The notes beneath the pieces were generated by a model that saw only the letters and a list, made by a program, of their open reading frames with translations, was not told where the DNA came from and searched no databases. The position numbers and the translations under genes are program-made. From the NCBI GenBank assembly GCA_020137815.1, contig CM035362.1:3844001-3908000 (forward strand): a DNA stretch of 64,000 nucleotides. Direction: 5' to 3'. This document shows positions 1-21,700 of this stretch, in pieces (within the stretch, counting starts at the first letter, position 1; every line of letters starts with the position of its first letter). This DNA is from Hormiphora californensis (lineage: Eukaryota > Animalia > Ctenophora).

Positions 1-453
1 GTTTCATTAGCGGATCTGCAACATGAGGATTGAGGGAGGGGGTTATTCTGGGCGGGAGCCGGGATGGATGTTTGGAGCCGCACTGGGTGGGGGGGGACCC
101 AGATGGTAGATAGACCGGATATCATCCCGAATATAAAAACAAAACAAGGAAAGCCTGGATCAAATAACAGTGGTTGTTGAACAAGTGTTGTTAAAAACCG
201 TTGTTGGCAACTTGACAGTTCACAATGAAACTTGATACTGAGATCTGAGATGTCACTGTACACCTGGTGACGCTATATTTGAGGCCCCAAACAGCTGCAG
301 TTAATAGGGTGGGGTCGGCAGAAATGTGGGTTGCGAGCTGTTATTTTCTAACCCTACGTACGTGGTGAAACAGGGTCGAGCAAGGCGAGTATTAGGACGA
401 TATTGAAACATCAATCTGCCGTGCGAGGTCGGTTTTGGTAAACTACAATCTCA

Positions 454-9643
<9,190 letters not shown>

Positions 9644-10225
9644 ACTAAGAAATAGTAGATTACAATGGGTTACAATATTGAAGATCAAAGACTATTGAAA
9701 ACGCAAGTCCAGCCGAGTACCGAGTAAAAAGTTAATAAGAGTAAGTAGTTTTCGCATCACTTTGAAAGATATCGCAAGTTCTAGCCCCAGCCCTGATCCT
9801 GGTCCTACTTAGGCGGTAGGCCTAACCCTAAAACAGTAACTACAGACGCTCGAGCTGCGACTATGGACGCTCAAAACAACTTTAAAACACCTGAAAAGTT
9901 TTAGTTTTCGCGTCACTTTGAAGGATATCTCAAGCCCTAACACCAGCCCCAACCCTAATCTTAGTCTTACTAAGCCCTAACCCTAAAACAGAGACTACAG
10001 ACGCTTAAAACAACTTTAAAACACCTCAAAAGTTTTAAGAAATTTTAAAAATTCGCGGCAGGTGAGGTGAAAATTTCTTCAAATATTTTTTAAAACGCGA
10101 ACGACAAAATACCACGCGCGTGCGCGGCATAAAGCCAGGTTTTGCGCGTGACAAGGCACCCAGATTCGCGCGGCACGGGATTCGATTGAATTGAAATAAT
10201 AAAAAAAATTGCGTGTTTGTTTTTT

Positions 10226-11407
10226 ATCCCTGCCCTGATAGGTCCAAACACCCCTCCCAACATCAGAGCTCTCTTCTCTCTCCCTGCACGTGATGGTGGG
10301 CTCGGAATTTTGATTCCTACAGAACAGGCGGCTGCTGAGTTCATCAACTCTTCTCAGGCGACCCAGCCTCTTAAAAATCTCATTCTGGAACAAAAACTCC
10401 TAATCAGTGAAGAACGCTCGGAACTCCTCCTGTGGGAAGCGAAAGGAGCTAAGGCTGCAGTCCTGAAAGTAAAACGATCTACACAGAATGCCGAAAAAGA
10501 ACAAACCCGGGCACTACTTTCAACCTTTGACCAGCGATTATTCGAGGAGATCTCGTCTAGAGGGGCCTCTAGCTGGTTAACCGCTCTGCCCTTGGTGGAA
10601 CACGGATTTGTCCTGAATAAACAGCAATTCAGAGATGCCCTGCTACTACGCTACAACTTACCCTTTGAGGGCATACCATCTGTTTGTGCGTGTGGAAAAT
10701 CGAACACTCTCGAACATTGCCTTTCATGTGCCGTGGGAGGTTACGTGTATTTACGGCACAATAACATCCGAGACCTCACAGCTAACATCCTCGTGGAGGC
10801 CGGCTGCAAAGACGTCCGTATTGAGCCGCAGCTCCTACCCATAACTGGTGAAACATTCCAATTCAAATCTACTATCACTGTTAACAGTGCCCGTTTGGAT
10901 GTTTCTGCCCGGAATGTGTGGAGTGACCTCGATAAGGTATTCACTGACATCCGAGTCTTCAATAGCCTGGCACCTACTAACATTTCTCAGCCACTCGGAA
11001 ACACCATCAAGCGGCATGAGCGAGAAAAAGTACTTCATTATGATGCACGAGTAGTTGAGGTGGAGAAAGCAACTTTCACTCCACTGGTTTTCTCAACAAC
11101 TGGGGTCATGGGTCCAAGGGCCGAGGTATTTTACAAGAAGCTTGCAAACCGTCTCGCCGACAAAACCGGGCATACCTATAATGATAGCGTGCGTTATATC
11201 AGACTTAGACTTTCTTTCTCACTCCTAAAAACTGTACTCATTTCCATCAGGGGGTTCAGGGGGAATAAATGGACTCGGTTTTGTAGTTTAACCAATGACA
11301 TTAATCTAATCTAATTTATTAATCTTATATGTACTGATTACCTTGATTCTTATTCCGTTTTAATTGGACCGGCAACCCCGGCTTTCTTAAAAAAAAAAAA
11401 AAAAAAA
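10226..11407 (+). mobile_element. 5'-truncated non-LTR retrotransposon with restriction-like endonuclease (CRE-like clade)
   Basis: ORF to 11314 contains LFSLPARDGGLGI (RT thumb), CACG...HCLSC (CCHC knuckle), RHNNIRD and ARLDV...DIRVFN...HEREK (REL endonuclease). A short 3' UTR and poly(A) at 11389-11407 follow. GTTTTTT lies on both sides (10219-10225, 11408-11414). Confidence 0.9.
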
Positions 11408-11984
11408 GTTTTTTGTCTCTGACATTCAACCGGCCAAGCGGGGTGCGAGTTGTGGGTGAGCGAGTCGATCATTTTTAGGTAAAGTTACAGCGAAGTAGAG
11501 TCCCGAGCAGTAGACTGTCAAAAATGGGAAACTGTCGAAAAAACACATGAAAACAAGCTATTATATTATCCGTTTTTTGCCCGTTTTTCAATGTAAATGT
11601 GACCTATTTTGACTCATCCCATAGCAGAACAGCTCTATTGCGCACTCGTGACCCGCTCGTTATGCACTGTGATTGATCAAAGCAGGCTCGACCTGGACAT
11701 TTCTGAGGTAGTTCAAGCGCTGCAGTTCCTCAGTGCTAAGTGCCCGCGTTTTTGACAGCCACTGGGCACTGACACATGGGACTGAAACGTAGGTTAACCA
11801 ATCTTTGAAGATGAGATTAACTGAATTTTCTATATGTTCTCTCTTTTTAAGTGGAGAGCGCTTCTTTGGGGGCCTGCCTATGGTCCTCCTATCATGGTAC
11901 CGTCGTCGCGTTCCGTCAAAATAACAACCTGCCCTTCGGCCATGTCACTCCCACTTATTTTAACTTGGATCCACTAACTACAGG

Positions 11985-12770
11985 ATGGATGATGAAAGTG
12001 AGGAACCAAAGAGGCTCAATCTGGCGAAAGAAATTCGTTACATAATGTATGGATTCGGGGACGATAAATCCCCTTACACTGAGTCTATAGCACTAATCGA
12101 AGATGTAGTTATCAACTATCTACATGAAATTTCAAATCAGTAAGTCGTATGAGAAATCACCCACAACCCCAGGCTGTCCAACCATTCACCACTGGTCTGC
12201 ACCCTGTGACCCTCTTTCGACAAACATGATAGCTCCGTAGAGCTCAGGTGATACATACTATACCACGTGGGATTGGGTCACGAACGTGTGTTCGAGCTGT
12301 GATTGGTTAAAATAGGCCAGGTGGTGCAGACCCGAACATTTCCGAGGTTACTCGCTCATCGTTTTACGGCAGTGTGCTAACGATTTCTACTCATTCCACG
12401 AATACAGTCTAGGACACAGAGGGCTTGAGGCCCCTTTACACATAAACGAACCTTGTTCTACGCAAATAATAACTGGTCAACAATAAAGAACACATTTCTT
12501 CCTCACTTTCTATTCAGAAACTCTACAGCCCAACAACCACTCAGTTACTCGACCCTGGTTCACAAATGTAAAGTATAATTAGAACCCCTCACCTCTATCT
12601 ATCTCAGGGCGATTAATATGGGGAAGAAGGGTAAGATAACAGTTGAGGATATCCTCCACCTGATTCGACATGATACTAAGAAGTACAACAGGGCGAAGGA
12701 GCTGTTGATTAGTAACGACGACATCAAAAAGGCCCGGAAATGTTTTGATGAGGACAACTATTATCAGTGA
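11985..12770 (+). CDS. TAF13: TFIID subunit 13
   Basis: Exons 11985-12139 and 12608-12770 translate to LAKEIRYIMYGFGDDKSPYTESIALIEDVVINYLHEISNQAINMGKKGKITVEDILHLIRHDTKKYNRAKELLISNDDIKKARKCFDEDNYYQ*, matching the TAF13 histone-fold signature MYGFGDD. Confidence 0.95.
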
Positions 12771-13279
12771 AATACTGGTCACTGATTGGCTGATAACCAC
12801 TCACGTGACCTAAATAACGAGCTCTGATTGGTTGTTTACTTGTGTCGGTAGGTTCCTGCAGTGAACATAAACTCTCAATATTTACTGTAAATTATGTTTT
12901 TATGATGAATAAAAGAAATGAAAGATCCGATGTGTGTTGATTGTAACTTGTTCAGAGAGGGTTTAGTTATGTAGCTATCAAGCTATTGGGTAGAACGGTG
13001 ACAGATATCATATATATAGCTATAGTTATTATGGTGGGTGACCATTTAATTTGTTGTCATTTTTGGTAACAGTTAAATCTAACAAATTATCAAATTTATA
13101 CCCTTATATGGTGCGGAAATCGGTTATATTATTTGTTTTTTAATAATAATAACGACTTTGTTAACCACAATTTGAGAAAATTGGCTGTAAGTTCTCTACT
13201 ACAATCGTATTCCACTGAATTTGGTAACCCTACCTCCTCCTGACGTCACGCTCAACAACAATCTCTTTCCCAAATCTAT

Positions 13280-13632
13280 ATTTAGCCCAAACAAATTACA
13301 AAATACCCTTCTAACACCAAATCCATTTTTAGCCCACATATGTCACCCTTCTAACTCCAAATCTATTTTTAGCCCACATATGTCACCCTTCTAACTCCAA
13401 ATCTATATTTAGCCCACATATGTCACCCTTCTAACTCCAAATCTATTTTTAGCCCACATATGTCACCCTTCTAACTCCAAATCTATTTATAGCCCAACCA
13501 GACACCCTTCTAACTCCAAATCTATTTATAGCTCCAACAAGACACCCTTCTAATTCCAAAATCCAAATCTATATTTATCACCAACAAGACACCTTTCTAA
13601 TCAGTAATCCTAAATCTATTTTTAGCCCAACC
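13280..13632 (+). repeat. ~40-bp tandem array of acceptor-like units upstream of the DNAJC8 ATG
   Basis: Unit TTTAG|CCCACATATGTCACCCTTCTAACTCCAAATCTATT, about 8 copies. The last copy is TTTAG|CCCAACC-ATG. Confidence 0.85.
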
Positions 13633-14604
13633 ATGGCGTCCACCTCCTCGGAATGGGACACCTTTTTGAGCCAGGTAAAAGCGATCGAGAAGAAGGACAG
13701 TAACATGACTTCAGATCAGCAGATTGAGAGACTCCACAAACCAGGTGTGTGACACGGTTTGTGTGTGTGAGTGTGTGTCTGTGTGGCTCTAGGTACCAAA
13801 CTAGCGTACCAAACTCTGTCGGTTTGCAGCCGGTCATATAATAAAGTCTGTGCAGTCTGTCCGAAAGATAACAGCTAAAATATCACTCCCAAAGATATTA
13901 ATAACAGCTAAAATATCACTCCCAACCCAGGTTCCAAGTACCTGAATCTAAAATATCACTCCCATTTCCCAGGTTCAAAGTACCTGAATCTCAACCCGTT
14001 CTACGTGCTACAAGTGGACCGGGAGGCAACGGAGGACGAGATCAAGAAACAATACCGGCGACTTTCAATCCTCCTCCATCCTGACAAAAACCCAGATAAC
14101 CGTGACAAGGCAACGTCCGCGTTCGAGGCGGTCAACAAGGCGAACACGATGTTGAAAAACAAGGAGACTGTTGACAAGTTCAAGATGATACTGACAGATG
14201 CCCGGAATCGTGTTCTGAAAATGATGGAGGAGAAGAGGAGGATTGCCAAGGTAAAACACCAGCCCATGCCAGTCGAAGACCCCCAGAAGTTCAGTCACCT
14301 GGTGAACGTAATGGCCAGTAAACAGTTAGCAGACTACGAGATCCGACAGGGTGATAAGGAGAAGAAGGATGCGACGGATAAGAAACGAGATGCGGATCTG
14401 GCAGAGGAGTGTACGAAGAGACTAAAGAAGCTGGAGGATGATAAGAAGAAATGGGAGGAATCCAGGGAGGAACGGGTGGCAACTTGGAAGGACTTTCAGT
14501 TTCAGGGAGAGAAGAAGAAGAAAAAGAAGCATATTTTGGGGACGTATAGACCGCCCAAACCAAGGTTGGAGGCCAGAACAGAGGAAGAGAAGAAGAAGAC
14601 TTGA
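13633..14604 (+). CDS. DNAJC8: DnaJ homolog subfamily C member 8 (SPF31)
   Basis: Exons 13633-13744 and 13973-14604 give FLSQVKAIEKKDSNMTSDQQIERLHKPGSKYLNLNPFYVLQV...LHPDKN...WEESREERVATWKDF...RPPKPRLE. Confidence 0.95.
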
Positions 14605-14642
14605 ATTGTACTTAAATATAGGAGCTATAGACTTGAATTGTA

Positions 14643-14697
14643 CAGGGTGTCCCACTGTCTTTGCGCGTGGCACCCTGCGGGACAGTGGGACACCCTG
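14643..14697. mobile_element. Tiny Tc1/mariner-type MITE
   Basis: TA|CAGGGTGTCCCACTGTC ... GACAGTGGGACACCCTG|TA, located just after the DNAJC8 stop. Confidence 0.8.
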
Positions 14698-15767
14698 TAT
14701 CATAGGAGCTATATTTTAGGATTTTATTATGCCTACAAGTTGTACCTGAAAACTTATAACACGAGACCGAAGGTCGAGTGTTATAAGTGCAACAATAATC
14801 ATCCGAGACCACAGGTCGAGGCAGATTCTTGTACTTTAGTGCACGAGCCTGCGAGTGCCACTAAGTCTAACTACCTCACGAGCCTGCGAGTGATGTAGTT
14901 TTACTTTTTGACCGAGCCTGCGAGGTCTAAAAGTGTAAGAATCTGGGACATTATTGTTGACGTCAGGTACAACGAAAATAGGCATAATAAAATTGCATTG
15001 TAAAATTTTTAAAACAAGAGTGAGAGACACTTTAGGGCGTAACAATAGAGCGAATTCATGATATGGTAGCAGGCAGAGATATCAGTATAAGATAAGATAA
15101 CGCCTGAGATAGGTAAAGAGAGTGAGAGATTAGTGAGAGTGAGAGAGATAAAGAATGTGTGGGACGTGGGTCCGGGAGTTCGTAACTGTTATCTTGATCT
15201 CGGTGCTGCAACGGCTTGACAGTGTGAGAAAAGAAAGAGAGGGAGGGAGTTCGTAAATGCTTATCTTTCTAACGGTTTTTAAGTGTGACAGAAACAGTGG
15301 AGTAAGGAGTTCTAAATGCAGCAGTGTTATAAGTTTTCATGTATCACTGGGGGGTGTTATAAGTGAAAACTTATAACACTGGGGGGTGTTATAAGTGAAC
15401 ACTTATAACACTGGGGGGTGTTATAAGTTGTACAAGCAGTGCTACCTAAAGAATTATATTATATCTCAAAATTTTACAATGTCATTTGTCATACAAGGGA
15501 ACTGAGAATGTTGTATAACTTGGCGCTGGACCGGATCTTGTGTTTGATAGGCCGGTTCAGAGAGGCTAGTATATTGTGAGGCAAAGGAGCGATGAGCTAT
15601 AAAAATGTGTTGAGATCTGTTGTTTGTTTGAAACTTTTTCACGGAATACATTAATTGTGTGTTAAATTTCTTGCTCCGTTATCCGACCCCAAATTACACA
15701 CTAATTACACCTAATTACACCTAATTACACCTAATTACATAATCTCTATTGTTACAGCTCCATAGCC

Positions 15768-18700
15768 ATGACACCTATAATATCTATACCCGTGACTCCG
15801 CTCATAATGTCCCTTTTCAACGACTGCAAAACAAACATGAAGTATCAAGGGAAATCTGATGCAGACTTTTTGATATTTCTCCTGAATTCCTCTATGCACA
15901 TCTACTCAATCGGTTAGTGTCAAGAATCGACCGACACAAGTAAACAACAAATTAGAACTCGTTATTTAGGTCACGTGACTGGTTATCAGCCAACCAGTAT
16001 TTCCTTAGTACAGTCCCTGTCACCCCCACCTCATCATGTGAACCCTGTCAGGGCCGGGGTGGGGTGTCTGCTAAATTGGGGTCGAATACTGTTAATTTCC
16101 TTTATCGGGAGATGATTATCCTACCGTTAAATCGGGGTGCCGTTAAATAGGGGTCCGACTAACAGTTAGTTAGACCGGGGGGGGGGTGTATTTGTCCAGC
16201 AGTTAGTAGTGACTTGTTCAGTACTGTGAAGGGGGGTTAAAACAGTTGAACCCTGATTTACCGGTATCCTAGGAGGACAGAATGTGTGTGAGTGTGTGTA
16301 TCCCCCTCCCCAGCTCTTGAGTGTGTAATACACTGTGTATCCCCCCCCCCCCCCGTGTGAGAGAATTTAGGTGCCGGCAGGCACCTCCGACCCGAAGAAA
16401 ACAGAAAAAACGAAAAAAAAATTTTTTGCCCCTGCACCAAATCCAAAAAGTGACGGCCCTATATTTAGGTGCCGGCAGGCACCTCCGACCCGAAGAAAAC
16501 AGAAAAAACGAAAAAAAAAATTTTTGCCCTTGCACAAAACCCCAAATATATATATATACAACAATATATATACAAACGTAGGTCTTTTTTTCGGGGGGGG
16601 GGGGGGGGGGGGGCAAATTTCAGGCAGCGATTGTGGCCACATTTTTTGAGATATCGACCTGAAATTTTGTAGGCGTGTTCTAGTAGTATAACTACGTGTC
16701 ATAACGTGGCCGGATTTTTGATTTTTTGCCTAATTAATTAATTATAGGTAATTAAAAAGTAGCCCCTGCACCGTGCCCCTGAGCATGGGGTGTTCGGTCC
16801 CCTGGGCATTGCCCCTGAGCCGAAATTATCTCCCGATCTGCTTGAAATATCGACTTGAAACTTTGTAGGAATGCTCTTCAAGCATAAAAAATGATCTACA
16901 AAAAGTTAGAATAGTCAAAATTAAGTAATCAATGAGTTATAGGCATGCAAAAATGGACATTTCTGGTGCCCCTGAATTTTGCCCCCGAGCATTTGAAAAA
17001 ACTGCCCCTGGGCAATTTTAAAATTCAAATTGTGGCCACACTGTTTGACATATCGATCTAAAACTTTGTAGGCATGTTCTAGTGGTATAACTAAGAGTCA
17101 CCACGGAGTCTGATTTTTGATTTTTTACTTAATTAATTAATTATAAGCAATTGAAATTTTAAAATTGCCCTCGCACTAACAAAAGTGGCCCAGGGGCACC
17201 TGAGCCGCAATTATCTCCCGATCTGCTTGAAATATCGACTTGAAACTTTGTAGGAATGCTCTTCAAGCATCTAGAAAGGTCTACAAAAGGTGGGAATATT
17301 CAAAATTAATTATCCAATTAATTATAAGCAATTAAAAAATGGACATTTTTCTGGTGCCCCTGAGCATTGCCCCTGAGCATTTGAAAATATTTTCCGTTCT
17401 GCTATAAATAACGGCCTAAAATTTTGCAGTAATGTAGTTCAAGCATATAGAAAGGTCTACAAAAAGTGGGAATATTCAAAATTGATTATCAAATTAATTA
17501 TAAGCAATTAAAAAAATGTGCAGTGGCAGTGCAGGGGCAAAAAAATAAAGCATATATATGGCAGGAAAATATTTTGGCGGGAAACCGAAAAAGCCCAATA
17601 AGCCAAGGACGGGGTGGGGCCAAGGTCTGGCCCACTAGCTTTTAATCACCTCATCGAGCCCGATCGAACGCGACCAATGTCGACCTCCCACGACGACCTA
17701 AACCCCTAATCCCACGTGGTGCCAGCCAACCGCCAGCCAAACGGAAAAATCTAGTGATCCTTTATCAGCTGGTATCAAAATCTAAGCTCTAAGTGACCAG
17801 GAACTGGCATTATTAGTGCTAATTGGCGATAACGTCATAAATCACATAATTACGACTAATTAGTGAACCAGGGGTGGTAGAGACCTGTGGGATGGTACTT
17901 TGGACTTTTTATAGAGTCCCTAATCATATGATATGATTAGGGACTCTATATGATTCATATCAGAAAGTCAAATTTAAAATTCCAGACCCAACTTCCCACA
18001 ACCGACCCTACTATAATAAACAGGCCGCCGCGCATCAAAAAATATTTTAACAGCCTGAAGGTTGCTGTTTCGACGAATCTCCCAACTTCGGGTCGGACGA
18101 GGGGAAGCTTGCCTTTTGCGATCATAGCAGAAGAATAGAAGATTTTCGGGGGGGGGGGGGGGGCAAATTTCAGGCAGCGATTGCGGCCACATCGTTTGAG
18201 ATATCGACCTGAAATTTTGTAGGCATGTTCTAGTAGTATAACTACGTGTCATAACGTGGCCGGATTTTTGATTTTTTAATTAATTAATTAATTATAAGCT
18301 ATCAAAATTTGCCCCTGCACATTGCCCCTGTACATTTTGATTTTTTGCCCCTGCACGCGTGCCCCTGCACACGGTTTATCTTCCGTTCTGCTTGAAATAT
18401 TGACTTGAAACTTTGTAGGAATGTTCTTCAATCATAAAAAATGATATTCGAAAAGTGGGAGTATTGAAAATTAATTAATTAATTAGTTATAGGCATGCAA
18501 AAATTGACTTTTTTAGGGCCCCCTGCACTTTTTTTGAAAATGTACAGGGGCAAATACCCCTGCACATTTTTTGCAATTTTGATATTCAAACTGTGGCCAA
18601 ACCGTTTGTTTTTTCGGAATGAAACTTTGTATGCATGTTCTAGTAGTATAACTACGAGTCATAAAAAGGCTGGATTTCTTATTTTTAATTTAACTAATTA

Positions 18701-21700
18701 ATTATAAGTAATTAAAATTTTGCCCCTGCACCATCTTTCCCCTGCACCGCTGATTTCGACCCCCTGCACATTTCCTGAAAATCATTTTCAAAATGGTATA
18801 TTTTCTGTTCTGCTATAAATAACGACCTAACATTTTGTAGTAATGTAGTTCATGCATATAGAAAGATCGACAAAAAGTGGGAATAGTCAAAATTAATTAT
18901 CCAATTAATTATAAGCAATTAAAATTTTGCCCCTGCACATTTTGCCCCTGTACATTTGCGGCAAATGTTGCCCCTGCACATTTTTGGTAAATTTGATATT
19001 CGAACTGTGGCCACACCGTTTGATATTTCGAAATGAGACTTTGCATGCATGTTCTAGTGGTATAACTACGAGTCATAAAAGAGCCAGATTTCTGATTTTT
19101 TAATTAATTAATTAATTATAAGTAATTAAAACTTTTGCCCCTGCACAATTTTGTTTGCCCCTGCACAATTTTTGCAACTTTGATATTCAAACTGTGGCCA
19201 CACCGTTTGAAATTTCGAAATGAAACTTTGTATGTATGTTCTAGTAGTATAAATACGAGTCATAACGGAGCCGGATTTTTGATTTTCTAATTAATTAATT
19301 AATAATAATCAATTAAAACTTTTGCCCCTGCACAGTTTTGGCAAATTTGATATTCAAACTTTGAGCCTTTGTGAAAGTTTCATACAGATGCTGGCGATAG
19401 ACTCGATAGAGTTCGATTAATTTACTATCACATCGGTGTTGGTTACCATAGTAACCAGGGAATTCGTTGTAAAATAGTCCTTTCTTGCTATAAACTCGGC
19501 ATTTAGATCAAATTTGAGCACCTCTAAAACAAATAAGAGCATTAACTTAATTAATGATTAATTAACGTGGTGAGATACAAAATTGATTTTATTCTACTCG
19601 CACTAATGCAAGGGCATTTCACAGTTTGGTGCCGCTATTTTTGTCTCTATTTTTAATAGGATTTTGGGATTAGACTGAAAGTATGGGATCATTTGAGAAG
19701 TAGTGAAGATTTAAAATATGTTAGCAACTTGCCGGTTCGACAAACTAAACCCCTATAATTCCAACTTCGGGTCGGACGAGGGGAAGCTTGCCTTTTGCGA
19801 TCATAAAGGGTACTTGTTGGAAAGTGCTGGGGGTGTGCTGGGGTGTGTGGGATGTGTAGTAACCCCTAACAAGAAGTGTACTATATCATGCATGTCCAAG
19901 AGAGCTGAGTACTTTGTATTGTACTTTGTATTGTACTTTGTATTGTACTTTGTATGTATAGAGGGGCTACTATGTCAGTTTGTACTTTGTATTGTACTTT
20001 GTATGTATAGAGGGGCTACTATGTCAGTTTGTACTTTGTATTGTACTTTGTATGTGTAGAGGGGCTACTATGTCAGTTTGTACTTTGTATTGTACTTTGT
20101 ATGTGTAGAGGGGCTACTATGTCAGTTTGTACTTTGTATTGTACTTTGTATGTGTAGAGGGGCTACTATGTCAGTTTGTACTTTGTATTGTACTTTGTAT
20201 GTGTAGAGGGGCTACTATGTCAGTTTGTACTTTGTATTGTACTTTGTATGTGTAGAGGGGCTACTATGTCAGTTTGTACTTTGTATTGTACTTTGTATGT
20301 GTAGAGGGGCTACTATGTCAGTTTGTACTTTGTATTGTACTTTGTATGTATAGAGGGGCTACTATGTCAGTTTGTACTTTGTATTGTACTTTGTATGTGT
20401 AGAGGGGCTACTATGTCAGTTTGTACTTTGTATTGTACTTTGTATGTGTAGAGGGGCTACTATGTCAGTTTGTACTTTGTATTGTACTTTGTATGTATAG
20501 AGGGGCTACTATGTCAGTTTGTACTTTGTATTGTACTTTGTATGTATCCCCCTCCCCAGCTGTACTGTATAGCCCCTAACAAGTGTGTAGGTGATACATG
20601 TCCGAGAGGGCTTTTCATTGCTTCAGGGGTTTCATGACATGCACACCTTTTTTAATGGAATCTGGCACCCTAGCTGCCATTAGGCCATTTACATCTCTCC
20701 ACCACCTAATTAGACCATATTGTTTCTCACTGTATGCCCCCTCTTGTCTCTCGGGTACCCCTTCTGTCTCTTAGCTCTTGGGTACCCCTTCTTCTGTTTC
20801 TTGGTATAACGCACGTAGTTGGCGTTGATAAGTAGATTAGGGATTCCCATGCACACGAGTTAGGGATGATCAATTGAAAAAATGGACTGAAACGTAGATT
20901 CACGCCCATGACAACTCAAACAACAAACCACCCAATAAATCTAACATCTTTTCCTCCCTCAGTTAAAGAATTTGCCCCACTAACATCCTTTTCCCTTCCT
21001 CAGTTAAAGAGTTTGCCCCGCTAACATCCTTTTCCCTCCCTCAGTTAAAGAATTTGCCCCACTAACATCCTTTTGACCCTCAGTTAAAGAATTTGCCCCG
21101 CTAACATCCTTTTCCCTTCCTCAGTTAAAGAGTTTGCCCCACTAACATCCTTTTCCCTCCCTCAGTTAAAGAGTTTGCCCCACTAACATCCTTTTCCGAC
21201 CCTCAGTTAAAGAGTTTGCCCCACTAACATCCTTTTCCCTCCCTCAGTTAAAGAGTTTGCCCCACTAACATCCTTTTCCCTCCCTCAGTTAAAGAGTTTG
21301 CCCCACTCATATCCCTTGGTTGTGGCGATAAAACTGATCTAGAACAGACATCACTTGTTGACAATTCCCCCGATAAACAATCATCCACTCCCTCACTTCG
21401 AACTGCTGCGGAGCAACTCCTTGCAGATATTATGACGTCAGATGAGGAGGGTGGGGAGGAGGGTGGGGAGAGAAACGGAGGAGGGGCGGAGGAACAACAC
21501 TTTCTAAAATACAAACTACCAACCTCTGTAAAATCTCCGGGAACGGAGTTTAGGTGTAGTAAGTGTTTGAGTAAGTTTGTTTCCAAAGGGACACTGAAAC
21601 GGCACAAAACAATTTGCATGGCCCCTGAAAAAGCGAACATTACGTCATCCTCTGACGACAGCGGTGCGGAAAATACCCCCTCGGAATACTCCAGCTTCCT

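Noticed and set aside
1-82. Possible next DDX3 exon at the window edge
   Set aside because: There is an open frame after an AG, but it has no similarity to the expected motif Ia region (LVLAPTRELA).
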